From sequence record NC_070950.1: a stretch of 64,000 nucleotides of DNA; one strand, 5' to 3'. Position 1 is the first letter of the stretch; every line of letters starts with the position of its first letter. The translations under genes were made by a program, and so were the position numbers. The notes under the pieces were generated by a model. The model was not told the DNA's origin. It saw only the letters and a list, made by a program, of their open reading frames with translations, and searched no databases. This document shows, piece by piece, positions 27,612-38,334 of the stretch.

Positions 27612-27977
27612 ATGCCCGAGATTGTAACCGCTTTTAGTGCTTGGGAATCGAAGTTCGTCTCCAGCTTAAATGAAATGGAGAATTTTCTGAAGACTCCGCC
27701 CGAGCACACCAAAATCGAATCGATGATCAAAGGGACGAAACACGGTGTTTGGATTACGTTACTTTATTTCAAAGACCGGGACGTTGTTCTAGGGAGAAGT
27801 TTCTCTATCACCAAGTGCCCTATCTACGTTGCGAATAACGTCGTGAGAACCAAACTGATTCGTCATATCGCCGACCGTGGATTAGAGTCAATTGTTTCGA
27901 TGACTCGGTGGGGCGGTATCTTAGGAATGAGTTCCGCCACCACCATTCGATGTTTTAAAGAAACTAAAGCACAATAA
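27612..27977 (+). CDS. Hypothetical protein
   Basis: Start moved to ATG 27612, which follows an AAGGA RBS. Confidence 0.7.
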   Translation: MPEIVTAFSAWESKFVSSLNEMENFLKTPPEHTKIESMIKGTKHGVWITLLYFKDRDVVLGRSFSITKCPIYVANNVVRTKLIRHIADRGLESIVSMTRWGGILGMSSATTIRCFKETKAQ

Positions 27978-28008
27978 CCTTTCAATACCTTTATTTAGGA
28001 AAAATATC

Positions 28009-28536
28009 ATGGTCAAACATTTTGCAGAAGATTTTAAATTAATGCTAGATCTTCACCAGCGCGTACCAGTTGAAGTGCTCAGGACCTCAGACCAGGTTAA
28101 AGCCGCAGTTAAGGTTATCGTAGACACTGTGTCTAAAATCAACGAAGCTCACCCTAGCAAACTCTTACAATCAGGGTTTGCTATCACGGGATCTCATATT
28201 GCAAAAAATACTGATTTTGTTATTGAGCAAACCGAACTTAAGTTGGCATTATCAGAAATAGTGAGTTCTTCTTGTTACCGTGTAAAGATTGATCTGGTGA
28301 ACACGAAAAATGACTGTCCTTCCTCGGCGGACCACCACATCTTATCCGAAGCTATTTTACTAGCTTTGGATATTTATGCCGTCTCCCCCTCTGGGGTTAG
28401 AGTGAATGATAAGCCTAAACCCAGCCTGTGTTTAGCAAATCATTTACAAGAAAGTTTTAAAATGTATTCTTGCGAAGCTTTCGTCAATATCAACCCCTAC
28501 GCGATAGACATCCTCTTCCCTATCGTTTCATTATAA
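28009..28536 (+). CDS. Hypothetical protein
   Basis: 175 aa, TTTAGGAA RBS. Confidence 0.75.
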   Translation: MVKHFAEDFKLMLDLHQRVPVEVLRTSDQVKAAVKVIVDTVSKINEAHPSKLLQSGFAITGSHIAKNTDFVIEQTELKLALSEIVSSSCYRVKIDLVNTKNDCPSSADHHILSEAILLALDIYAVSPSGVRVNDKPKPSLCLANHLQESFKMYSCEAFVNINPYAIDILFPIVSL

Positions 28537-28567
28537 TCAAAAATCTCCGTGCCCTACCTAAATAAGG

Positions 28568-28921
28568 ATGAATAAAATGAGTACATTTCTGTTAGTTGTA
28601 TCCGGCTGGTTCGCTCTGTCTGTTATCTGTGTCGCTGGCTACTCCTTCGTAAGAGAGGGGTGGAAAAAAGAAGATCTCTCTTGGTCGGAGTTTATTAAAC
28701 AAAGCACGATCTGCGCTAACGTCATTAAAGACAAAGCGGCACATAAACCTCACGATGTGACGTTGGCGGATTTCTTAAGCTCCGAAGAAGTTAAACCTTG
28801 GTTAAAAGGTTTTGACTACGACGTTGAAGAGAAAACCGATTCTTACGTTATTACGTTGAGAACCCCGTCTCACGCAAGAGATTTTCTGTTACCACGACAG
28901 CTCTTTCCTAATGCCGCATAA
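28568..28921 (+). CDS. Hypothetical membrane-anchored protein
   Basis: N-terminal TM segment, AAGGA RBS. Confidence 0.75.
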   Translation: MNKMSTFLLVVSGWFALSVICVAGYSFVREGWKKEDLSWSEFIKQSTICANVIKDKAAHKPHDVTLADFLSSEEVKPWLKGFDYDVEEKTDSYVITLRTPSHARDFLLPRQLFPNAA

Positions 28922-28924
28922 AAC

Positions 28925-28958
28925 AGTATAGTCCATCCCCTAGGGGATGGACTATACT
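28925..28958. terminator. Perfect 34-nt palindrome, probable terminator
   Basis: AGTATAGTCCATCCCCTAGGGGATGGACTATACT, with T10 downstream. Confidence 0.8.
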
Positions 28959-28987
28959 CAACATTTCATTTTTTTTTTCACTAACGA

Positions 28988-28997
28988 ATTTTATGCT
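28988..28997 (+). promoter_or_regulatory. Putative late promoter (TATG core)
   Basis: ATTTTATGCT. Identical 10-mer at 32441-32450, and ATTTTATG on the minus strand at 43392-43399; all lie 65-76 nt before tailspike starts. Confidence 0.45.
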
Positions 28998-29070
28998 TTG
29001 AAAACCGAGTATGTGGGACGCCGCATAAACGTAATCATACATGTATGCTTATTGGTGAAAAGAGGACATT

Positions 29071-30708
29071 ATGACCACACCAACCAAATTACCGATTCCC
29101 AGCAATAACTTGCTGGATTCGAGATTTAACTTTGAGAAGTTAGACCAGATAGTTAATTCCGATGCCAATTATTATACCGATAGATTCGGTAAGAAAAGAT
29201 TTACTTTTAATGGAATATATCTCGCTTTAAAAGGATACTTTGATACTTTAAAATCAAATTTATCTTCAGACGAAGGATATAAAGAAATAGGCGGGTTTTT
29301 TAGTGCTGAGGGACCGGAACAGATAGGCTATCAAAAATATTCCATTTTTGATAGAGTTTTCAAAAGAGGGATGTATGAAATTGATCAAGGGCCTGGAGAT
29401 CCAAAAGGAATTGCCGGAATAACATTTGGTGGGGAAAATAATAAAGGGACGATCCTACTGGATGAAAGAGGGCGTATTCAAACCTATTCCGTAAAAGAAA
29501 ATGTTATTACCGCCGCAAGGGTAGCCATTCCCTATGGAGAACTCTTTGGTCAAGGACCTAATGCCAGTAACTACGACGGGCACATCGTCCATTTCCCTTT
29601 TCCAGGAGGAGAAGACGACAGCCTACATTCGTCTTTAGTTTTTATTCCAAACCAATTAGGCGGTTCTGACGTATGGGTGCGGGGACCGGGGGCGTACGGA
29701 AATTACGACGTTCCTTATCCTAATGCTAAAAAAGTGATGTCTAAACTCGCCAAAGTTAATGATCTTCCACCGGCTATATTAAAATCGAGTACCAACTATA
29801 GCAGCTTTGTTAGCTCGGTAAGTTGGAGCCTGCTTTTTGTTTTAAGAACCGATACTGTTGGACCTATTTTTACCGGTGTTTATATTTCTGGAAACGTTCT
29901 TAGTAATGCGGTATATAGTTATCTCATAGAGGTTAACAATGTCGGAACTTTAGCCCCAACTACAGCGACAGCTAAAGATGTGATGAGGGTGACTTGTCTT
30001 AGGGACCGAGGCGACGCCCAGTGGAGTACCGATAACCAGACTAAATTCGGTTACGTTTACGATAGTGCTAATAACACGCTTTCTTTTTATGCTAAAGATG
30101 CGATACGCAGCGATAACGCGACCTTTATTCCTTGGCGTTACACCGATCAAAATAGTGCAGGTGTTTTAGGCGTAGATGTTAAACAACCTAATAACACTTA
30201 TGTTAGCGTGGAGCCCACTGGAATTGTTTATTTAGATGTCAACGACGCATTAACGAACAACACTTATGTGGATCTAAATGATGGGACTGTCGTAAAGACC
30301 ACCGGTGCAGTGATAAGACTCACTAATGGCATTACTTCAAGCACCAAAACACCCATCACGGGATTATTCAAAAAGAACGATGATTATTGCGCTATTAACC
30401 GAGGATATTCCGGGTTAAATATTGTAACGGCAACGAAATTATCTACGGGAACCTATCAAATTACTGGGGCGACAACTAATAAGACGGGTATAGGGTGGAA
30501 ACTCAAATCCCCGGTTTTTTCTGGTGGGAGCGGGATTCAAAATATAGTTGGGAACATAGTTTCTGATACGGGAACTGTGATTACAATCGAAGTAAGACAA
30601 GTGGTCTACACACTTAATACTACGACTAATGCGATCACCCAATCTCTTGGTGATTTGATTGATATTCCTGCTGATTCATGGGTTGATATCCACACGTCAT
30701 TGAGGTAA
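29071..30708 (+). CDS. Tail fibre / receptor-binding protein with the shared N-terminal module
   Basis: MTTPT..IPS..D..FN.EKLD..VNSD..YTDRFG..R.T module. C-terminal KLSTGTY.I.G...GDLIDIPADSWVDI resembles enterobacterial prophage tail-fibre ends. Confidence 0.8.
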   Translation: MTTPTKLPIPSNNLLDSRFNFEKLDQIVNSDANYYTDRFGKKRFTFNGIYLALKGYFDTLKSNLSSDEGYKEIGGFFSAEGPEQIGYQKYSIFDRVFKRGMYEIDQGPGDPKGIAGITFGGENNKGTILLDERGRIQTYSVKENVITAARVAIPYGELFGQGPNASNYDGHIVHFPFPGGEDDSLHSSLVFIPNQLGGSDVWVRGPGAYGNYDVPYPNAKKVMSKLAKVNDLPPAILKSSTNYSSFVSSVSWSLLFVLRTDTVGPIFTGVYISGNVLSNAVYSYLIEVNNVGTLAPTTATAKDVMRVTCLRDRGDAQWSTDNQTKFGYVYDSANNTLSFYAKDAIRSDNATFIPWRYTDQNSAGVLGVDVKQPNNTYVSVEPTGIVYLDVNDALTNNTYVDLNDGTVVKTTGAVIRLTNGITSSTKTPITGLFKKNDDYCAINRGYSGLNIVTATKLSTGTYQITGATTNKTGIGWKLKSPVFSGGSGIQNIVGNIVSDTGTVITIEVRQVVYTLNTTTNAITQSLGDLIDIPADSWVDIHTSLR

Positions 30709-30711
30709 ATA

Positions 30712-32391
30712 ATGAATTTTTATTATGTCGATCCTTCTCTTAAAGTAGATGGAAACGGAACGCTGTCATCTCCTTTTAATTCGATGGATTCCTTGGTTGC
30801 TTCCAGCTGGGCGCATCCGATGACCATTCTTATTAAAAGAGGGACATCTTTTAAATGGTCGTATTTAAATAATTCCTTAGCTAATCTTAACTCTGTCTTA
30901 TTTTGTAACCAATCTGGAACGCAAAGCGTTCTTTCTTCTTATGGCGATGGTCCTCTGCCAATATGGTATCCGGCAGATGAAACAAAAAGACACACTTATA
31001 CCATATTTCAAAATTTTTACATAGGTGATCTTCAACTATCTCCTACCCCTGGCGTGGTGCAAACAATGGGGTATCTTTATGGTTGGATAAAGGGAGACAG
31101 TAATGGGTTATGTAACATGGAAATCGGTAATTTAAGATTTATAGGAACGCCTGAATCTATCGGTAAGTCTGCTGGAATGAATGAGGTGGCGTGTATATTG
31201 TTACAGGCGGATTACGTCAGTAGGACGAATATCGCGCACAAAATTTACATCCATGACATATACGGAGACCATGTTAATTGTGGAATAATGGTAAGAGGAA
31301 ATCCACATCTTTCCGATACCACTACTTTTTATGGTGATCAAAGAAAAAGTTATGGGGTAAGAATACTGGATATCTCTTTTACAAACATAATCAATTACGG
31401 CATCAAGCTCTGTGGCGCAACCAGTAAAAATAAAAATAAAAATGTGAGGGGGGATGAATGGGAATCCGGATTCGATGGGGTTTATTACTCTTCTTACAAA
31501 ACAAACGTTTATAATCCAAACACCGATCCAAAAGGTTCAACTGGTCGTGCCGATGTTCCCATTTGGATTACTATGTGTTCTTATATCACGGGGCAGAATT
31601 TCGAGATTCACGGATCAGGGCCTGGTCTTCCCGATAGACAATCGTTGGATTTTGATTATCATACCAACAATTGTACTTTTCGATATGGGTATTGTACTAA
31701 CAACGCCAGAGGTCCGATGTTTATACAAGGCCCTTATAGCAACTCTTGGTATGCTGCACAAGGATATACTGCGCCGAGCTCGGATCCGTACACTTTATAT
31801 AAGACATTAGGGTGCGGTGTAATAAATAATGTCATTGAATACGTGACGTTCTATAACGACGGAATCGGCAGAACCGACGAGGTTAGTACATTTAAATGGA
31901 CGAAACCACAAGTTTATCGGTATTGCTATGACAACACCATCAGAAACTGTCTTTTTATCGATTCAGCCACCAGAACGGGTGATAACATTGTAGGGGCGAA
32001 CCCTCAGACTGATGATGATGCAACCGCTAATTCTCTTAGCATCGATAGCTGTATTTTTTATTGGAGAATAAGAGACGAAAGCGATTTAATCTCATCGTCT
32101 GTTGTGACGTCATTTGGAGCCTTACTCCAAAAAATCAGTTTCAAAAACTGTTTGATTTTTTCTAAGTCGTGGGCTACCACGCCATCATTACCTGGCGTGG
32201 TTACATCGGGAATCCTTTACGCAGATCCTAAATTTAAAAATGAAATCCCAACTGTTCCTCCTTCCGGATTTAAAGAAGCGATGAATATTTTGAGGTTATC
32301 AAGTAGTTCTCCTGCTTTATCCGCGGGTACCATTAATCCGAATCCAGATAGTTGGGGCAACACAGGAAAAAATATAGGGTGGGAACAATAA
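30712..32391 (+). CDS. Right-handed parallel beta-helix protein (putative depolymerase), lacking the N-module
   Basis: YYVDPS...GNGT..SPF, ILIKRGT, SSYGDGPLP start; Asn-ladder repeats; ADPKF...LRLSSSSPALSAG end. Confidence 0.75.
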   Translation: MNFYYVDPSLKVDGNGTLSSPFNSMDSLVASSWAHPMTILIKRGTSFKWSYLNNSLANLNSVLFCNQSGTQSVLSSYGDGPLPIWYPADETKRHTYTIFQNFYIGDLQLSPTPGVVQTMGYLYGWIKGDSNGLCNMEIGNLRFIGTPESIGKSAGMNEVACILLQADYVSRTNIAHKIYIHDIYGDHVNCGIMVRGNPHLSDTTTFYGDQRKSYGVRILDISFTNIINYGIKLCGATSKNKNKNVRGDEWESGFDGVYYSSYKTNVYNPNTDPKGSTGRADVPIWITMCSYITGQNFEIHGSGPGLPDRQSLDFDYHTNNCTFRYGYCTNNARGPMFIQGPYSNSWYAAQGYTAPSSDPYTLYKTLGCGVINNVIEYVTFYNDGIGRTDEVSTFKWTKPQVYRYCYDNTIRNCLFIDSATRTGDNIVGANPQTDDDATANSLSIDSCIFYWRIRDESDLISSSVVTSFGALLQKISFKNCLIFSKSWATTPSLPGVVTSGILYADPKFKNEIPTVPPSGFKEAMNILRLSSSSPALSAGTINPNPDSWGNTGKNIGWEQ

Positions 32392-32399
32392 TCTAACAA

Positions 32400-32432
32400 T
32401 TACTACTGGTCGGTATTTCCGACCAGTAGTAA
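32400..32432. terminator. Intrinsic terminator
   Basis: 14-bp stem TTACTACTGGTCGG / CCGACCAGTAGTAA. Confidence 0.8.
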
Positions 32433-32512
32433 CCTTCTCGATTTTATGCTGATCTAAATTCAGTAGACTTGCGCAAGTCTTTACAATTTATTTATTCATA
32501 AGGAGTAACCTC

Positions 32513-34627
32513 GTGGCTACAACTCCAACTACGGGTGATATCCCCAGCAATGCTGCGGTGGACCTCAAGTTTAACTCGGAACAATTCGACCGAGTGATGA
32601 ATTCTGACGATCTGACTTATACAGATCGGTTTGGTAAAAAACGCATTACGATGAAAGGTGTACAAGAACTAGCTAACGGGTTCCAGGATACTTTCACTAA
32701 TCTGCTGGGTTCTCCTGACGGGTTCAAATTAATCGGCGGAGTTAAATCTTTTGATACTTTAAGATCGACCCCGGTGAAAACGGAAGGCCAGCGTATTTTT
32801 CTTAAGTCTTATTATGAAAACGGCTCTACCGGCGGTGGTATTTTTATTGGTCATATCGGCACTAAGTTAGATGACGGCGGTACTGTTGCCCAGGGCGTGG
32901 GCTTTTATTGGGAAAGGGTTGGGTCAGAAATAAAACTCGCCGATTACGGGATTTACCAGCAAAATATTTCCGTGGGAACCCCCGTCGACATGTCCGGATT
33001 ATTGCAGAGTGCAATAAATCAAGCGATTTCTCGCAAAACCCATATCGTTACAGGCATGGGAAACGAAAACCATTATATAAAATCAGGGATTTATATAAAA
33101 AATGGGATTACCATAACAGGACTCAAAGGGATCACGGGTCCGCTCCCATTATTTCTAGACTCATCTGTTTTCTCAGGAATAACAGCGCCTGGGTACAGTG
33201 TTCCATGGGCCCTAACTAACCTTAACGCCACGTACGACGCTACAGGAATGATCTTCGGGACATCGATAGGAAACCAGTTAATCGATTCAATAACGATAAG
33301 AGATATTAACTCAAGACATTCCAAATTGGGCGGGCAGCTTCATACATTTAGCGGAACGGTAATTAGAGGGGCTTTATGTTCAACTGGTTTCGACGGGCCA
33401 GGGGTTTACTTGTCGAGCTGTTATGATTCGTCAATTCTTGATGTCCGGGCCATCAGTTGCGGTAACACGTCTTATTGGGGTGTTTCTTTCGAGAGTTATC
33501 CGGCATCAACAGCGTCAACATTGGATACTTCCAATCACTTAACCGTTGGGTCTGTTGAAGTTCACGATTGTTACGACAAATGTTTAAACCTGAATGCTTC
33601 TTCAAGCATGATATCTCATATCCATGAAGAGGCTTCTTACGTCACCGACACCACTACTTGGTCTTCGGCGACGGTCTCGACTAATGGATTTGGATGGACC
33701 AACACCATTCTTTCCGGAGCCTGGTCCGTTTATGGAACAGTTAGAATTCTTCCTACTTCTTCTACTGACAGTAATCACGTAACGACGATCGTTTCTGATC
33801 AGCTAGAAATAGGGTCGATTAACACCACGGGTAATGTCAGTCTCCATTTCTCGTACACGACCGTAAAAAGGGGAATCTCCATAGGTACGGCGGATATAGC
33901 AAAGAATCTCTATGTTACTTCCGATGTTCCTGGAGAAATAGGTTACTGTCAATTGATAGGCGATGCGTCCGTAGCCACCATCTTATCTAACTCATTAAAT
34001 TTTGAATATCTTAATATTCCTGGATCTTCCGGATCGGTTAGTTCCGCCGGAGGCGTGTTTGGAAAGGTCGTGTGTAAAACGGCCAGTTTTAGTTCTTCCG
34101 TAATTCATAAAGGGTCATTTACGACATTGAATTTGTTAGGTAAAACTTACGTTAGGGATGTTGGGGCGGCAGCACTGGTCGTTTCAGGAGGAAAAAATAA
34201 AATAGAGGATTCCTATATTTCTGGGAATGCAACTTTAGACGGCGGCGGAACAATATTTAACACGGACATAGCCGGACCCGCATCCTTTACTGGATCGTGG
34301 GCGTCGAGAATGAATAGAGTTAATGGAAATTACTCTATTGGATCTTCCTCAGCTGAGACGTACGCGTCAGAACATAGTAACATTTTCGTAAACGGTCAGC
34401 TTTCAATCAATGGATACGCTAAAGCATCGTTAGAAAAAATGACCGTGGGTAACATCTACTTCAATGTTACTGGCGGATGGTGTACTTTAGAAAAAATAAA
34501 GATGGCCGGGGCTTTAAGTGGAAACCCAATAAGCGCAACAAATATTCCTGGGTACGGGTCGGTAACAACCAATCCTTCTACCGGGGCGATCTATGTTTAT
34601 AAATCCACAGGATGGACGGAATTATAA
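32513..34627 (+). CDS. Tailspike / putative depolymerase with the shared N-terminal module
   Basis: GTG start after AAGGAG. N-module, then tailspike neck motif (IFLKSYYE..STGGG.F...DDGGT...G.YWER), then D.S.LLQSAIN.A beta-helix cap. Confidence 0.85.
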   Translation: MATTPTTGDIPSNAAVDLKFNSEQFDRVMNSDDLTYTDRFGKKRITMKGVQELANGFQDTFTNLLGSPDGFKLIGGVKSFDTLRSTPVKTEGQRIFLKSYYENGSTGGGIFIGHIGTKLDDGGTVAQGVGFYWERVGSEIKLADYGIYQQNISVGTPVDMSGLLQSAINQAISRKTHIVTGMGNENHYIKSGIYIKNGITITGLKGITGPLPLFLDSSVFSGITAPGYSVPWALTNLNATYDATGMIFGTSIGNQLIDSITIRDINSRHSKLGGQLHTFSGTVIRGALCSTGFDGPGVYLSSCYDSSILDVRAISCGNTSYWGVSFESYPASTASTLDTSNHLTVGSVEVHDCYDKCLNLNASSSMISHIHEEASYVTDTTTWSSATVSTNGFGWTNTILSGAWSVYGTVRILPTSSTDSNHVTTIVSDQLEIGSINTTGNVSLHFSYTTVKRGISIGTADIAKNLYVTSDVPGEIGYCQLIGDASVATILSNSLNFEYLNIPGSSGSVSSAGGVFGKVVCKTASFSSSVIHKGSFTTLNLLGKTYVRDVGAAALVVSGGKNKIEDSYISGNATLDGGGTIFNTDIAGPASFTGSWASRMNRVNGNYSIGSSSAETYASEHSNIFVNGQLSINGYAKASLEKMTVGNIYFNVTGGWCTLEKIKMAGALSGNPISATNIPGYGSVTTNPSTGAIYVYKSTGWTEL

Positions 34628-34643
34628 ATTTAAAATCAATCTT

Positions 34644-34669
34644 ATTTCCCTGACGGACGTCAGGGAAAT
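34644..34669. terminator. Hairpin, probable terminator
   Basis: ATTTCCCTGACG-GA-CGTCAGGGAAAT. Confidence 0.65.
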
Positions 34670-34692
34670 GGCTATTAAAGAAAGGCTAGAAC

Positions 34693-37600
34693 ATGACCAC
34701 GCCAACCGATAAAGATATACCGAGTAACTCGGTACAAGATAGACTGTATAACGCCGAGAAATTTGATGAGTTTATGAACTCGGATAATGTCAATTACACT
34801 GACCGTAAAGGAAAAAGCAGATGGACATTATCGGGTATTAGACAAGCCGTCCAAAATTGGATGGATACTCTGAAAACCAGTTCAGGGGCTTCAGCTATCG
34901 GCTACGGTACGAGCACAGTCGCCGATGAAATCGCTAAGACGGTCAAGCAGCAGATCACTTTCTCAACCGGCGGCACACTGAATACACCGTTAGATCGTAT
35001 AAGTGACGGAACGTATTTGTATTACTGGACCGGTGTATTCCCGAAACAAATCCCGGCGAATTCAACAATTGATTCAACCGGCGGCATGGGAGTTGGTGCG
35101 TGGGCCGCGGATACCGATTCATTATTGAGAAAAAAATTATCAGATGAGGGCGGTTCTCAGCTTATTTTCGGGTTAGGAAACATAATCGGGACAGTCGTCG
35201 AGATCCTGAATTCCACAGAATCCCCCCAGATATATCAGGCAAATGGGTTTTATGCGCAGAATGACGGCGGCGAAGGCGTTTGGGTAGCGACGGGGAATAC
35301 CTCTCCTGAATTATCAGGTAAACACGTGCCATCAAGCGCGGCGGTATACAACGCAAATGGCGTCGAATATCAACTGAAAGTACAATCTGGATTTGAATTA
35401 TCAGCAAAAGCTAACGGATCTAAGCCAGTCAGCAATGTCGATGCTCAAACCGAAGATTTCGTATGTCTTGGTGAAGTAGTGAACGGTATCACGTCGCGTG
35501 TCAAAACTATGAGCAATGACGACGATTTTTGGACGTACCTAAAAGTCACCATACCGTCCGAGACCCCATTACGTATCGGGAAAAGCAGTATCAAGGCTTA
35601 TTCGCGCTTGACGTTAGATTTTCAGCAGGCTTCAATTTACGTCAGGCCGAGCCCGTCAAAACGCCAGGAAGTCACCGGCGTTTATATGAACGCCATCGAG
35701 CGCGGTATTGAAGATATCAAGGCGATATCCGCAAAGTATGCCGGTAAGACGTCTTACTTTAATATGACCGTTTCGAATTTTCACATCATCGGTGGGAAGT
35801 TCTTCGGCGACCATAACACTGATAAGGGGGTTGCGAATTGCAGTACCGGCACTGGATTGCTCACTTACAATTTAGAAGAGTCCAGCGTCACTAATACGTG
35901 GTTCCAGGGATTTGCTTGTGGGCGTCAATACGTCCGCACCGTGTCCGGTTATTATTTCGATAACCTTGGGCGCAAAATAACGGGCACGCTGGTTCCAGAA
36001 GTTGCTTCTTCAGCCACTGGTTCTTATGAGGGCGTTAAGGAATGGTCCGTCACGGCTTATGGCTGCCGTTACATGTACCTGAGAACTGTCAGTAACTGGG
36101 CGAGATTCGAGAACTGCAAATTCGGTACCTACGCTGACTGGGGGTCAAGCCCTGATGGCAACCAGTGCGAATACTTCATTGAGAACCGAGGAGCCGGTGT
36201 AGTATTCAGTGGCGGTGTGATTGAAGCCAATACCTCGGCCGCCAACCCAACAAAAGGCTTTGTGAGGGACTTCGCCCGCGGGTGTACGTTCACAGGTATC
36301 TACTACGAGAACTGCCTGTCGGCTGGGTGGGTCATCACCACTCCTGAAAAGAGCCAGTACAACCGAGCTAATGGACTGTTCCTTACAGCTATTGGGAGTC
36401 AGTATACTGGATCGTCGAAGGGCGCCCCCCTGGTTAAATTTGAACCGGGATACTTTGGCTCATACGACGCTACTACGGGGCTGTATAAAACAGGTGGTTG
36501 GGAAACAAATTACCAGTATTCGGGTGGGGTTAACACCTGGTCTGTAGGTCAACCTGTTTTAGATTCCGGGGCTTTCCCTCACGGTGGGTATGACTTTAAA
36601 TATGGGACTTACGGGATCCATTATTCTGGAGCTGCGCCGGATGTAGACTCGCTTCGGGACACCCCTGAAGGTAATGAGTTTCTGTCTCAATATGGATTAC
36701 TGGTTAACTCCGGAGTTTTGTTATTCCCTGAATTATCCCCGGCATATCACTCTAACATCGTAGTTTGGTATAAAGACCTGACGGGTAACTTTGACCCAAG
36801 GGGTATTGTTGTTGGTGATTTCGACAATAACAACGTGTCTGATGGGACCAGCAATGCGCTCTACCGTACTAATGGGTTTAATTACTATGACTACGGTAAT
36901 GGGTATAAGGCGGCCATTGTGCCCTACGTTAACCCGCGCCCACTCGATAACAGGATGACAACGTCTGCCGGACGCAAGTTAAAAATTACTGTAACCAGTG
37001 ACGCTCCTATTATCCTGAAAAGCATTCAGGCGTTCGTAGGGGGGACTCCGATATTCCCGCCAGCCGTTAAGGAATATGTGCCTCGTTCACAACGAGACCG
37101 CATATGGGGTACTATGACTGGTGCCTCTACGAATTCTGGTGCGTATTACGGTCCACTGATTGGCGGCGGTATCTTCCGACCAGGTGATGTAGTGTTACCT
37201 TTTACGCCGTTCCAGAACCCCTTGTTGCTGGATCCGCTAACGTACACAGATATTTCCGGGACCTTTGGCTCGAGCGCAGAAATCGTTACTATTACCGGTG
37301 GTGCGACCTGGGGAGCTGGATTATCCGGTAAAACCATCGCCCTTACAGTAGTAGACCAAGACGCAACCCATGGCTGGACAACCGTCTCGGTACCGTCTGA
37401 CAGTTTGGCATACATCTTAACCGGGATGCCGGTTAACATAACGGCAAACTCCTCCGGGGGGGGTACAGGGTTTATAAATATTGTACGCAGGATTATTAAT
37501 TCCGATGGGACTCTGAGCAATAATTACGTGTTGTCCGGTACCCTTGGGGCCCCTGGTACGACCCTAACAGCGTCAACAAACGGGAGTTATACATTGCGCT

Positions 37601-38334
37601 CTGGGGTGTCTTCGACGCTTTCTGGTGTTTCTGGTTCGTTCAGTTCTGGATCGTGGTTAGGTTCGTCATCTGGAGATTTGCGCGTAGGGTATGGGGCTTC
37701 ATCTTCTAGTACGCGTCAAATACGTTACTACTACAACGGCACGGATGTGTCCGCCGGGATAGGGTCTAATGGTCTTACCTCCTTGTACTTAACAGGTACA
37801 GGCGGGATCACCCTCAATGGGTCTTTACTAACAAGTACAAGCTACTCATTTGGTAGTGCGTCGGCATACCCAGCGAACATCTACTCTCAAAACGCCGTAA
37901 CAGTAGTCTCTGACGAGAACTACAAAACCGACATAGTAGAGTTAGAAGATGCTGAGATTGAGTGCGCTAAAGCCTGCGCCAAGTTGTATCGCCGCTATAA
38001 GTTGAAAACAGCCGTAGCTTTAAAAGGTGAAGATGGGGCCAGATACCATGTGGGTACCATTGCTCAACTTGTTATGCAGGCTTTCACTGACGCTGGTCTG
38101 GACTGGACGAAGTACGGGATCATTACTTATGAGTCTTGGGAAGATTCCGATGCAGTTTTTGAAACTGTGGGTGCTACCTATGATGAAGAAGGTAATGAGT
38201 TAACTCCTGAAACTACTGTAGAAGTTACTCCTGCTAAAAAGGCCGGGGAAATCTACATGGTTCGCTACGACGAATTTAATAGTTTCGTTATGGCTGGACT
38301 AGAAGCGCGGATTCAAGACCTAGAGATTAAGTGA
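34693..38334 (+). CDS. Large tailspike with N-module, TSP1/gp66-type N-domain, beta-helix and C-terminal S74 intramolecular chaperone
   Basis: GGTL.....DG..YYWTG.FPK.IPANST..STGG.G.GAW domain; VSDENYKTDI Ser-Lys autocleavage site; HVG.IAQ.V..AF...GLD..KYG; RYDEF..F. Confidence 0.88.
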   Translation: MTTPTDKDIPSNSVQDRLYNAEKFDEFMNSDNVNYTDRKGKSRWTLSGIRQAVQNWMDTLKTSSGASAIGYGTSTVADEIAKTVKQQITFSTGGTLNTPLDRISDGTYLYYWTGVFPKQIPANSTIDSTGGMGVGAWAADTDSLLRKKLSDEGGSQLIFGLGNIIGTVVEILNSTESPQIYQANGFYAQNDGGEGVWVATGNTSPELSGKHVPSSAAVYNANGVEYQLKVQSGFELSAKANGSKPVSNVDAQTEDFVCLGEVVNGITSRVKTMSNDDDFWTYLKVTIPSETPLRIGKSSIKAYSRLTLDFQQASIYVRPSPSKRQEVTGVYMNAIERGIEDIKAISAKYAGKTSYFNMTVSNFHIIGGKFFGDHNTDKGVANCSTGTGLLTYNLEESSVTNTWFQGFACGRQYVRTVSGYYFDNLGRKITGTLVPEVASSATGSYEGVKEWSVTAYGCRYMYLRTVSNWARFENCKFGTYADWGSSPDGNQCEYFIENRGAGVVFSGGVIEANTSAANPTKGFVRDFARGCTFTGIYYENCLSAGWVITTPEKSQYNRANGLFLTAIGSQYTGSSKGAPLVKFEPGYFGSYDATTGLYKTGGWETNYQYSGGVNTWSVGQPVLDSGAFPHGGYDFKYGTYGIHYSGAAPDVDSLRDTPEGNEFLSQYGLLVNSGVLLFPELSPAYHSNIVVWYKDLTGNFDPRGIVVGDFDNNNVSDGTSNALYRTNGFNYYDYGNGYKAAIVPYVNPRPLDNRMTTSAGRKLKITVTSDAPIILKSIQAFVGGTPIFPPAVKEYVPRSQRDRIWGTMTGASTNSGAYYGPLIGGGIFRPGDVVLPFTPFQNPLLLDPLTYTDISGTFGSSAEIVTITGGATWGAGLSGKTIALTVVDQDATHGWTTVSVPSDSLAYILTGMPVNITANSSGGGTGFINIVRRIINSDGTLSNNYVLSGTLGAPGTTLTASTNGSYTLRSGVSSTLSGVSGSFSSGSWLGSSSGDLRVGYGASSSSTRQIRYYYNGTDVSAGIGSNGLTSLYLTGTGGITLNGSLLTSTSYSFGSASAYPANIYSQNAVTVVSDENYKTDIVELEDAEIECAKACAKLYRRYKLKTAVALKGEDGARYHVGTIAQLVMQAFTDAGLDWTKYGIITYESWEDSDAVFETVGATYDEEGNELTPETTVEVTPAKKAGEIYMVRYDEFNSFVMAGLEARIQDLEIK

